Of a stretch of 32,000 nt of DNA, positions 1-8,507 are shown in pieces (position 1 is the first letter of the stretch; each line of letters begins with the position of its first letter). A program made the translations under genes and the position numbers. This stretch comes from Trichodesmium erythraeum IMS101 (GTDB lineage: Bacteria > Cyanobacteriota > Cyanobacteriia > Cyanobacteriales > Microcoleaceae). The stretch covers positions 5,160,001 to 5,192,000 of the forward strand of contig NC_008312.1 in the NCBI RefSeq assembly GCF_000014265.1, written 5' to 3'. The notes below the pieces were generated by a model. That model worked only from the letters and a program-made list of their open reading frames with translations, made no database searches and had not been told where the DNA came from.

Positions 1-193
1 ATTTTGCTGCTTCATACATTTATTTTGCTTCGTTAAATCTCAATAACTGTTGACTTCAATCATTTTCTATCTTTAGTGTTAACCACCAAGCCTAAAACCA
101 CTAAACTAACTAACTATCTTTGCTCTTTACGACTAAACCAGCAAACATACTAAAACTTAAAATATTTGGGAGCGCTAATAGTCAGCTAGTAAA

Positions 194-1213
194 TTAAACT
201 TTACACAACAACAATTCAGCTTCCACTTCTGCCAATGCTTCCAAAACTACTGATGCTTTTTCCATCTCCCTATACCGAGAAAAAATTTCTTGAGCTTCCC
301 CATAGAGATTTTTGGCCTCAAGTAAATTATGATAATTTCCGGCTTCTGGCTTTTCTGGGTTATCAGGTAAATTATATAGCAGATTTGCTTTATTAGAGAT
401 AGTTGTCGCATACTCTAATGGTGTATCTTTAGCAGTACGAACTTTTAGAGCTTCATTGTAAGCACTCAAAGCCCGCAAATTATTATCTATCGGATGGAGA
501 CTAGGGAGATATTGTAAAGCATTAGCCAAGTTATTTTGCAACATCGCGTATTCTTTAGGATGTTCGATCAGGTTAATTGCTCTTAATGCCCCCTCAAATG
601 ACTGTACAGCCATTGCTTGTCCCATACCTTCTTTTTCTGGATCTAAAGTCATAGAAAGGTAAGCGATCGCTATATTATTCTGCAATATGGCATATTCTTG
701 GGGATATTTGTCCACTGTAAATACTGACAATGCTTGTTGAGATACCTGTATTGCTTGTTGCATTGTTGCCAAATTATCAGGAACTAACCCTTGCAACACC
801 AGCCCCAAATTCATTTCCGCTTCGGCAATTTCTTCAGGTTTTGCCTGTTCCCTTAGTGTTGTTAAAGCAGTTTCATAAGCTTCTTTTGCCTCTAATAGTA
901 AATTAACCCCTCCTCCGGGCATTGTTCTCAAAGCTGTCGCCATTCCTACTAAGGCCCTTGCTTGCAGTAGAGTATAATTTTCTCCAGATAATTCTATAGC
1001 TTGCTGATATAAATAAATAGCATCATATAATTGTTTATAGTTCTGGGGTTTTTGTTGTAACCCATTTGCCATTTCAATCAACATTTGAATTTTTTCTAGA
1101 ACATTTACAGACTCTGATTCTATAGCATTCAAAGCCGCTTTTACCGTCGTATCACTAATAGTTTGCAGCACAATTTTACAGAAATTAGTATTTTCAACAA
1201 AAAAAATTGACAA
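194..1213 (-). CDS. TPR-repeat protein of the cyanobacterial TPR/CHAT-associated type; no CHAT domain present
   Basis: 339-aa ORF with repeated ~40-aa units carrying the signature xPxEYAxLQNNxAxA (YPQEYAILQNNIAIAYL, HPKEYAMLQNNLANALQ, TPLEYATTISNKANLLYN). The ORF-track start at 1213 is a TTG and the first ATG is at 1084, so the 5' end is uncertain. Confidence 0.7.
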   Translation of the reverse strand: MSIFFVENTNFCKIVLQTISDTTVKAALNAIESESVNVLEKIQMLIEMANGLQQKPQNYKQLYDAIYLYQQAIELSGENYTLLQARALVGMATALRTMPGGGVNLLLEAKEAYETALTTLREQAKPEEIAEAEMNLGLVLQGLVPDNLATMQQAIQVSQQALSVFTVDKYPQEYAILQNNIAIAYLSMTLDPEKEGMGQAMAVQSFEGALRAINLIEHPKEYAMLQNNLANALQYLPSLHPIDNNLRALSAYNEALKVRTAKDTPLEYATTISNKANLLYNLPDNPEKPEAGNYHNLLEAKNLYGEAQEIFSRYREMEKASVVLEALAEVEAELLLCKV

Positions 1214-1452
1214 GAAAAATATTCTTTTGAACTATCTAATATATTTTGCTTAAATTTTACTTAATTTAATTAATTCAATTTAATTAATATTTTCATAGTT
1301 CATGTTTTCTTTAATACTTAAATACTGAGTTTTAGCTATTAATAAATCAATCACAAATCGGGTGAGCAATGGAAAAATTTCCAGAATAAATAGTAATCTT
1401 TATTAACCCACCCTCAAAGGATAATTTAAATTTTTTACAACTTTAATATTGT

Positions 1453-1782
1453 TCAAATTTTGGCTGGGAATGCCATTTCTTTAGAACTACGTTCAAGACT
1501 AATCATATTAGTAATAGATTCTGGTAATTCCTGCAAATTATCTGTATCTTCAGAACTACTTAAAGGAGATACAAAAGTATAACAAGGGTCACATTCACCA
1601 GTATCATAAACCTGAAGAATCCAATAGTCAGGACATCCTTTTATCCCAACTTCAACAATATACCAACTAGATTCTTGTTTAGCATACCTAATAGTAAACC
1701 AATCTTTTTCAGTCTGGGGAATTTCCCAATCATTAATCAAAAAATCAATTGCTAAATTTTCTGCTTCTTTTTGAGAAAACAT
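1453..1782 (-). CDS. hypothetical protein, 109 aa
   Basis: Clean ATG-initiated ORF beginning 16 nt after the stop of the upstream small ORF, on the same strand as hupW. Codon usage looks coding-like. I recognise no family. Confidence 0.55.
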   Translation of the reverse strand: MFSQKEAENLAIDFLINDWEIPQTEKDWFTIRYAKQESSWYIVEVGIKGCPDYWILQVYDTGECDPCYTFVSPLSSSEDTDNLQELPESITNMISLERSSKEMAFPAKI

Positions 1783-1798
1783 AACATTAACTATCTAT

Positions 1799-2062
1799 TT
1801 ACTGAGCAGGAGCTTGAGAAGCATTTGGGTCAGGATAAAACCCTAATTGTTTTGCTAATTCACGAGCAAGATGGAATAAAAATTTAGCTCCATCTTGATT
1901 TCCATGATGAATTTGGGCTTGACCTACTTCCATTAAAACGGAAATAAAATCTGCATCAACTAATTCAATATTTTCATCTAAAATATCAGGTTCTTTCCCA
2001 TTTGGGCACTTCGCTAATTTATCAATTAATTCAAAATATTGCTCTTGTCTTTGTTGATCCAT
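1799..2062 (-). CDS. small protein (87 aa) resembling the N-terminal module of cyanobacterial TPR/CHAT proteins
   Basis: The ORF track gives 1799..2200, but that form overlaps the hupW 3' end. The internal ATG at 2062 (MDQQRQEQYFELIDKLAKCPNGKEPDILDENIELVDADFISVLMEV...AKFLFHLARELAKQLG) gives a non-overlapping 87-aa product. The pattern LxxCPxGxEPxIL...LVDxxF...ANFL is the usual N-terminus of large cyanobacterial TPR/CHAT proteins (from memory of the family). Confidence 0.55.
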   Translation of the reverse strand: MDQQRQEQYFELIDKLAKCPNGKEPDILDENIELVDADFISVLMEVGQAQIHHGNQDGAKFLFHLARELAKQLGFYPDPNASQAPAQ

Positions 2063-2135
2063 GATAATTTCCGTCCTTAGTATTAATTTTTTTTTGAGAT
2101 TATCAAATACTTTGTATATTTTGGCGTAGTTTCTC

Positions 2136-2609
2136 CTACCTTTTACTCTCAAAACTGTTGACAATTTCTTGAAAAACCTTTTCAGAAGAACACTGAACAA
2201 CAGGGGAAAGTTCTAGACCAAAATCTAAATTTTCAGCTTCTATTAAATAGACAGTTACATCCTCAGGAAAATCTTCCCGAAAAATTTTTCTACCTACCGC
2301 CAGAGCATTATCCCAACGAAAATCATGCAAACTATAACTAGGTTCTGGCAATGCTTCCAACTCCGAACTAGGAACTTTAAAGACTGCACCTGGTTCCGAA
2401 CCTGTCGCACTAGCATCCACAATAATTAGTCGCTGAGTTCCCCGTGCTTGAAACATCACTTCCATTCCAGCAGTACCGCAGTCATAAACTTGGACATTAG
2501 GAAGGGGATGTGTACTCAAATATTGTTGCAAGCGTTGAGCAATAATTACTCCTACCCCATCATCACTACGGTTAAAATTACCGCAACCGATAATTGTCAA
2601 CATCAACAT
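2136..2609 (-). CDS. hupW: [NiFe]-hydrogenase maturation endopeptidase (HybD/HyaD family), HupL-specific
   Basis: 157 aa with motifs IIGCGNFNRSDDGVGV, DCGTAGME, IIVDA and SLHDF typical of hydrogenase C-terminal processing proteases. It lies downstream of hupSL on the same strand. The start may be one of the Met codons at 2609, 2603 or nearby. Confidence 0.85.
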   Translation of the reverse strand: MLMLTIIGCGNFNRSDDGVGVIIAQRLQQYLSTHPLPNVQVYDCGTAGMEVMFQARGTQRLIIVDASATGSEPGAVFKVPSSELEALPEPSYSLHDFRWDNALAVGRKIFREDFPEDVTVYLIEAENLDFGLELSPVVQCSSEKVFQEIVNSFESKR

Positions 2610-2740
2610 TATCTATTTGTTAAATAGGGGTTTAGATTTTCTGAAAGCTAGATAAAATCTAGTTTATTGACTTCACATCCTTAACAATAACCCATTTTTT
2701 CAACCAGTTTTGTAACCTAGTAACATATAGTTTTAATTTA

Positions 2741-2817
2741 AGTCAAAAGTTACAAGTCAAAAGTCAAAAGTTATAATTTACAAGTTAGAAGTTATAAGTT
2801 ACAAGTTACAAGTTACA
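2741..2817. repeat. STRR-like heptanucleotide tandem repeat, 11 units of AGTYANA (agtcaaa/agttaca/agttata)
   Basis: Direct reading gives agtcaaa agttaca agtcaaa agtcaaa agttata atttaca agttaga agttata agttaca agttaca agttaca, a strict 7-nt period. Confidence 0.9.
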
Positions 2818-2963
2818 AACTATATCATGTCCGAATAATTAGTGATCAAAAAACTAACGGCCGTAAGTGCAAATTCTATCCTTTTGTTGAAAATATCATT
2901 TGTAAAAGCTTTCTGGTATTAGCCCTCACCCTCATGTAGTACTCGTGGCTAACTCCTGATAAT

Positions 2964-2998
2964 ATTACAAGCTACAAATTACAAGTTAAAAATTAAAA
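2964..2998. repeat. second heptanucleotide tract, 5 units (attacaa gctacaa attacaa gttaaaa attaaaa)
   Basis: Direct reading shows a 7-nt period in the same hupL-hupW spacer. Confidence 0.8.
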
Positions 2999-3111
2999 GG
3001 TTCTGGTTCTACTAATTCTCTAGCATATATAGCGCTTATACATAAGTCCTAACTAAAATACTAATTCACATCATTAATATTCTCAATAGTTTTTGGATAT
3101 CTAATATTAAC

Positions 3112-3196
3112 AGAACTTACCCATAACAACCATATATAATGAGTAGCCCTTAACTTCTACAAACATTGTATAATCTTACCTTATGGCGTAAGTCCT
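3112..3196. repeat. hairpin-forming dispersed repeat (copy E1) with termini GAACTTACCCATAA / TTATGGCGTAAGTCC
   Basis: Arms 3113-3126 and 3181-3195 pair at 13 of 14 positions with one bulge. Same family as the copies at 23787-23892 and 24255-24343. It starts 28 nt downstream of the hupL stop codon. Confidence 0.7.
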
Positions 3197-3223
3197 GATT
3201 AAAAAACCATACTGAAGTAATAT

Positions 3224-4828
3224 CTAAGAAGTCCGGAACCGCGCTAGCTCTTCTCCTGTCTTAGCATCATGAGCATGAACTGTACACACCAAACAAGAAT
3301 CAAAAGAGCGAGCAACATGACCGACTTCCACCGGATCATTCACGTCAGCAATAGGAATACCAACTAACGCTTCCTCAATAGGTCCACGCACCCCTTGACC
3401 ATCACGAGGTCCTACATTCCAAGTAGTCGGTGCAATAATTTGATAATTATTAATCTTACCCCCTTCTATTTCCACCCAATGACAGAGAGAACCACGACTA
3501 GCATTAGTAGCACCCCAACCACGACCATCTTTTTCTTGAGGCTTAATATACCAAGGATCGCGCAAATTAAACTCCCGCAAACAATGTTCTGTTTGACGAT
3601 ACAACTTAGTTAATTCGTGCATTCGGGCAAACACACGTAAATGTACGCTCGGTCCGCCCATTTTCTTGAACATATCCAAAACTAAACCATCTTTATGCTG
3701 CCAACTTTCCCCATGGTCGCCACCTGCTATTAGTTCCCGTGCCAAAGCCCCAACTTCCATCCGACCTAAGTCTTTGTGAGATACAGCAGTTGACCAAGAA
3801 TAAGCACCATCAAAGTCAAGGTCATTATTACGAATAGGTGCAGTATTCCGGTCAAAAGGATGTATATTCTCATCACCCTCATTATACCATGCGTGGCTAG
3901 TATTCTCCCGGGTAAAAGTATGCTCCATCAATTGATGAATATCTGTAGTGCTATCATAGACACCACTTTTCATAATCATAGCAGCATTCCGACCTTCAAT
4001 AGTCGGGTGTTGATATTTGTCTTCGTGAGGCAAATACCCCCAACTCATATATTTACCAACACCAGCTCCAATTTTATCCAAACCAATATTCAGACCCATG
4101 CGCCAGTAGAAACCAAGGTCTGAACTGGCATGATGAGGATTTTCATCTAACCATTCCAGAAAATCTTCATAAGTTTGGATTTTTTCAAACCTCTCAATGG
4201 AACAACCTAACCATAACGGTTCTAACCAGTTAGTGCGGAAATATTCCAACATTCCCCAGGCGCGGGTCACATCGGTGAGAGTGGGAGCACACATAACACC
4301 ACCAGGAACCATGAAACTAGAGTGAGGCCATTGACCACCAAATAGAGCATATATTTCTACGGGTTTTGCTGCTACAGTAATACCTGGTTCATAGGATGTA
4401 CCTGTGAATGCTGTAAAACGCTTGCAAGCTTCTTCGTAGAAAGGACTATTTTGGTATTTTTTGTTTGTTAAGTCGATGGCGTATAACCCATAAAAGTAGC
4501 GTGGATGACTTTGAAGTGTTTCCACTAGTTGACCAAGGTTACGAGCCAAGATCGCGTTACGGGGTACTTCCGTTTGCCAAGCCGTATCTAATGCCCAGGA
4601 AGCACAGGTGAGGTGAGAAGCACCACAAATTCCACAAATTCTGGGAGTGACGATGAGGCCAGCTTTAGGGTCTTTGCCTTTGAGGATGACTTCAAAACCT
4701 CGAAACATTTGAGCTTGAGTCCAAGCGTTGCTTACATATCCGTCTTGAATATCAACTCTTACATCTAGGTCGCCTTCAACCCTACCCACGGGGGAAATGT
4801 CTAATGTTTGTACTTTAGTTTGAACCAT
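3224..4828 (-). CDS. hupL: uptake [NiFe] hydrogenase large subunit
   Basis: 534 aa with N-terminal Ni-binding motif RICGICGASH and C-terminal motif DSCLVCTVH, followed by a 16-aa extension (AHDAKTGEELARFRTS) of the kind removed by HupW. The gene is contiguous, with no interrupting element. Confidence 0.97.
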   Translation of the reverse strand: MVQTKVQTLDISPVGRVEGDLDVRVDIQDGYVSNAWTQAQMFRGFEVILKGKDPKAGLIVTPRICGICGASHLTCASWALDTAWQTEVPRNAILARNLGQLVETLQSHPRYFYGLYAIDLTNKKYQNSPFYEEACKRFTAFTGTSYEPGITVAAKPVEIYALFGGQWPHSSFMVPGGVMCAPTLTDVTRAWGMLEYFRTNWLEPLWLGCSIERFEKIQTYEDFLEWLDENPHHASSDLGFYWRMGLNIGLDKIGAGVGKYMSWGYLPHEDKYQHPTIEGRNAAMIMKSGVYDSTTDIHQLMEHTFTRENTSHAWYNEGDENIHPFDRNTAPIRNNDLDFDGAYSWSTAVSHKDLGRMEVGALARELIAGGDHGESWQHKDGLVLDMFKKMGGPSVHLRVFARMHELTKLYRQTEHCLREFNLRDPWYIKPQEKDGRGWGATNASRGSLCHWVEIEGGKINNYQIIAPTTWNVGPRDGQGVRGPIEEALVGIPIADVNDPVEVGHVARSFDSCLVCTVHAHDAKTGEELARFRTS

Positions 4829-5517
4829 TTTTTGTTAAACCTCCAGAATAATACAGTTATTAGTCATCACTCATAATTTATCAGTAGCTACAGTCTGTTT
4901 TGGTTAGGTTTTGCTACGCAACATGAAAAGCGCCAGCACAACCCAACAACTTGCTGATACCTGAATATGATTTGTATTTGTTGGCAATTCTCAGATCAAG
5001 TTGGCTTTTACCATGACTTGATATTCTCTCAACCCTAGTCTATGAGACAGCGCAAGTTTCCCATCCATCAAATAAAAAAAATGGAATACATAATTAAGTC
5101 ATCCCAAAGATGACTTCAGCTAAAAGCAAAAAAATTCAATCTTTGGCAAACCATCAGCTCTAAAGTTATTTGTGTGGTAATGTCTACCGCCAAGAAATTT
5201 ATTTCTTGAGGAGCAGCAGAACTCATAAAGTATTAAGACCTTACGCAAAAACCAGGTTATGAGACAAAATTTAGTGAGAATTAACAACAATAATGAGAGT
5301 AATAAACCCGGTTCCTTATTTAGGTGCCTAATATCACTTCCAGTTGAATTGTTAGAATTAAAGCTTATAGTAAGGTTTTAGCCCTAAACTAGATATTTCA
5401 AGGGCTAAAGTTTGACGACAAACTACATACTTTTTGATCACTTTGATCACTAGTTATCTGGATATGATATAACTCCTAATTATGTTGGGTTTTGTTTCTT
5501 TAACCAAACTACAAATT

Positions 5518-6480
5518 TTAAACTGTAAAGAAATCTTCCTCTGCCCATGCTGGCGTTGAATTTTTAGCAACCATAGTCAATACAGCATAATCTTTACGGT
5601 TAACTCCTGTTGGTAATTCTTTAGGCACTCCCATAACTGTTTGAGTTGTAAATACTGTTCCAGGCATAAGATCCTGGAATGGAAATTCTGGTTCCGTGCA
5701 ACCTAAACATGGCATCCCCGCTCGAGTTTTAGAAGAAACTCGGTTCCACAAAATGCGGTTACAGGAAGAACGAGTCATCGGTCCGCGACAACCTAAATCA
5801 TAAAATAGACATCCTTGACGTTGCCCAAAATCTGAGGTTGAAGCTTTGTAAGCAAAGTGAACGTTGCGAGTACAACCTGTTTGAGTGAAGCTTTTGAAAA
5901 ATGTTTCAGGGCGGTGAAATTCGTCTAAGGTAATGTCATTAAGTCTGCCAGTGGCTACTGCTACCAATATTTGCGAAATCCAATCTGGGTGTGCAGGGCA
6001 ACCAGGAATGTTGATCACAGGATATCCAGCTTGGCTTTTGAAGTCTTCTCCTAAAAATCCACCTTTTTTCCGTCTCAGAAATTGTAAACCTTCAGACTCA
6101 CTGGGGTTTGGTGCCATTGCCGGAATACCGCCATAAGTAGCGCAGTCTCCTACCGCAACAACGAAACTGGCAATTTCTGCTAATTCTTTTACCCAGTTTT
6201 TCATTGGCCGATCGGCAAAACGGTTCCAATCTCCCATACCATTTGGTGCGTTAATTACTGTTCCTTCGTATACTAAAATATCTAATTGTATTTTTCCGGA
6301 AATACAATCTTTTAATAATTGTTGAACATTTGTACCAAGTTCTATTCCTAGGGAAGGATGCCAAAGTACATTAATGCCGAAGTCTGTAATTAAATCACAA
6401 ATATTTGGTTCTTCAGCATTGAGAAATGATATGGTATTGCCAGAACAAGCTCCACCTTGAAGCCACAGTAGATTTATCAT
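5518..6480 (-). CDS. hupS: uptake [NiFe] hydrogenase small subunit
   Basis: 320 aa beginning MINLLWLQGGACSGNTISFLNAEEP, the cyanobacterial HupS-type N-terminus without a twin-arginine signal peptide. Multiple Cys clusters (GCPAHPDW, CLGCTEPEF) for the FeS centres. Confidence 0.97.
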   Translation of the reverse strand: MINLLWLQGGACSGNTISFLNAEEPNICDLITDFGINVLWHPSLGIELGTNVQQLLKDCISGKIQLDILVYEGTVINAPNGMGDWNRFADRPMKNWVKELAEIASFVVAVGDCATYGGIPAMAPNPSESEGLQFLRRKKGGFLGEDFKSQAGYPVINIPGCPAHPDWISQILVAVATGRLNDITLDEFHRPETFFKSFTQTGCTRNVHFAYKASTSDFGQRQGCLFYDLGCRGPMTRSSCNRILWNRVSSKTRAGMPCLGCTEPEFPFQDLMPGTVFTTQTVMGVPKELPTGVNRKDYAVLTMVAKNSTPAWAEEDFFTV

Positions 6481-6935
6481 TCTCTCTAATTCTCCTCTCT
6501 GTTATCTGAGGTTGAGATGGGATTCACGAGAGAATTTGTTGCACCCTAATTCAACCTATATACATATAATTATAGAGGATTGATAATAATAATTTTGTAT
6601 TTATTTACGATTTTTTTTATTTTTAATTAATTGTTATTTTTGTCTAAAAATTTGTTATTTTTGATACTTTAGTTTAAATATTTATTGGTAAGAAAGTCTT
6701 CAATAAAATCTCAAATAAAAAAAAATATAGCACTTACCGCTGTTATGATATAATATGTATATTATCAAAGTAGTAATTTTCGTAACTCTTTGAGAATCCC
6801 TACAGCTTCTAGATAATTTAGAAGAATTCCTCTGAGGCAAGCTATTAATAATAGTTCAAATTGGTAGAAAGATTTAACAGATGTATAGTATTAAAAAGTC
6901 AAACTATTATCAAACTAAGAGTTAAACAAATTAAG

Positions 6936-7727
6936 ATGAAACGGCGAAAATTTATAGGTTATCTACAGGCAAGTTTATTGGCTGTAATGGGTATTGGTTT
7001 AACATCTAAATTTCAAAGTTCTCAAGCTCAAACAGGAGAATCTTTAACTATTAAATGGTTAGGACATACTTGCTTTTTGTTTGAAGGCGAAGGTACTAAA
7101 GTATTAGTAAATCCTTTTCGTCAAATAGGTTGTACCACAGGATATCGAGACCCAAAAGTAGATACAGATTTAATTTTAATTAGCAGTAGATTATTAGATG
7201 AAGGAGTGGTAGAAGGTTTTACAAGTAATCCTCCACCAATGTTGTTATTCGAATCTGGAGTTTATCAGGTTAATGGTCAACAAATTCAAGGAATTCGCAC
7301 TGTTAAAGACAGAGAGGGTGGACGCAGGTTCGGCACTAATGTTGCTTGGTTATGGAAACAGGCAGGAATTAAGATTTTGCATTTGGGGGGATTAGCTAGT
7401 CCTATTGGTATAGAAGAACGAATTTTGATTGGTCGCCCAGATTTACTACTAATTCCTGTGGGTGGTGGCCCAAAAGCTTACACCCCTTTGGAAGCAAAGC
7501 AGGTATTGGAAGTGCTAAAACCTAGAATTGTGATTCCTACCCACTATAAAACTGAAGCTGCTGATGAAACTAGCTGCGATATTGCTCCTTTGGAAGATTT
7601 TCTCACTTTGATGGAGGGAACTTCTCTTAGAGTTCTAAATCAGGATACTATTTCTATTGCAAAAGCTGATTTACCTCAGGAAGGTTTATTAATAGAAGTT
7701 TTAAGTTACAAATTTGATCAATTATAG
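6936..7727 (+). CDS. Tat-signal-bearing metallo-beta-lactamase-fold protein (COG2220-like) with degenerate metal-binding motif
   Basis: The ATG at 6936 gives MKRRKFIGYLQASLLAVMGIGL, a twin-arginine-type signal; the ORF-track TTG at 6861 adds an unlikely 25-aa leader. WLGHTCFLFE...VLVNPF and IVIPTHY match the MBL-fold family, but the expected SHxHxDH is ISSRLLDEG. Confidence 0.75.
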   Translation: MKRRKFIGYLQASLLAVMGIGLTSKFQSSQAQTGESLTIKWLGHTCFLFEGEGTKVLVNPFRQIGCTTGYRDPKVDTDLILISSRLLDEGVVEGFTSNPPPMLLFESGVYQVNGQQIQGIRTVKDREGGRRFGTNVAWLWKQAGIKILHLGGLASPIGIEERILIGRPDLLLIPVGGGPKAYTPLEAKQVLEVLKPRIVIPTHYKTEAADETSCDIAPLEDFLTLMEGTSLRVLNQDTISIAKADLPQEGLLIEVLSYKFDQL

Positions 7728-8155
7728 CAGTTGAAGCGTAGCCCGCGGATATTGCTAAATCTGGAAGCTCACCCAAAGATTACTTTTTTCTCTTCCCAAT
7801 TTTTAAGACTCCCCTATCTAAATACCATTTCTCAAAAACTTTTCAACCTGGGCTTTTGAGTAGCTTTAGGGACCTTTCATTCAATGTCATTAGTCGAGGG
7901 GAGTCCGACAGAAGTAGGGCTTGCTGAAATTTGTCTTATGGGTGAGGTTAGGAGGTATGGAATTAGTAAATCATGATAAATGCACTACTTTTATCTCCAT
8001 CATAATTACTTTTTTTTTTAGATAGGAATCAGTGGAAAAATATCAAGATATTAATGATAAGTTTAGTGTGGAAAAAAGAGCATTACCTATTGGTTAAAGA
8101 ATTATCATCAAAAACATTTATACTTTCCATTTCGACAAAGAAAGATAACCTAAAT

Positions 8156-8320
8156 CATTTGAGGACAGGAAATAGGTATTGGTTCTAGAATATTTTCTTT
8201 TTGATAACGTGAAATCACTCTTATAATCAAGTTTAAACTAACTCGAAAACCCTGAGCAATAACTCTATAGTAACTTTCACCTTTAGTATATGTTTCTAAA
8301 ATTTTTTCCCTCAAGTCCAT
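8156..8320 (-). pseudogene. IS630-family transposase N-terminal (HTH) remnant, 54 codons
   Basis: My translation is MDLREKILETYTKGESYYRVIAQGFRVSLNLIIRVISRYQKENILEPIPISCPQ*. The pattern DLRxKI...G.S.R.IA..F.VS...I.R is typical of IS630/Tc1-type transposase N-termini. No DDE domain follows. Confidence 0.45.
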
Positions 8321-8507
8321 AAAATAGGGTTTCGTCTAACTACTTGTTAGTTTTTTCTATTTGATAAAAATTTATTCTACCTTTGTGAAAACCGCCATAA
8401 TTTATTTTAAAAGTAATATTTATCTAAAAAAAACTAATTATAGTATTAATAATTCAATATAATAGTACGCTATACATAGCATATCTGCGTAATTTCTGAA
8501 TTAATTA

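Noticed and set aside
1799-2200. Long 133-aa form of the small ORF downstream of hupW
   Set aside because: Its first 46 codons overlap the 3' end of hupW in another frame and are Lys/Arg-rich junk. The internal ATG at 2062 gives a sensible non-overlapping product.
2741-2998. CRISPR array
   Set aside because: The repeat period is 7 nt with no spacers. There are no 25-40 nt direct repeats with unique spacers anywhere in the window, and no cas genes.
3395-4123. Plus-strand ORFs 3395..3613 and 3860..4123, antisense to hupL
   Set aside because: They lie entirely inside the strongly supported hupL gene on the opposite strand. Their composition is low-complexity and shows no recognisable motifs, which is typical of antisense shadow ORFs.
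3224-4828. Developmentally excised element interrupting hupL, as in some heterocystous strains
   Set aside because: hupL is a single uninterrupted 534-codon frame with both N- and C-terminal metal-binding motifs. No recombinase gene is nearby.
5933-6136. Plus-strand ORF antisense to hupS
   Set aside because: A shadow ORF within a well-supported gene.
6773-6786. NtcA-type site (GTA-N8-AAC) about 300 bp upstream of hupS
   Set aside because: It is only a half-consensus match (GTAattttcgtAAC) in very AT-rich DNA. A nearby GTA...TAC at about 6597 has the wrong spacing. This cannot be distinguished from chance without a PWM scan and TSS data.
6861-6935. TTG-initiated 25-codon extension of the MBL-fold gene
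   Set aside because: With the extension, the twin-arginine signal would not be N-terminal. The ATG at 6936 places MKRRKF at the N-terminus, as expected for a Tat substrate.
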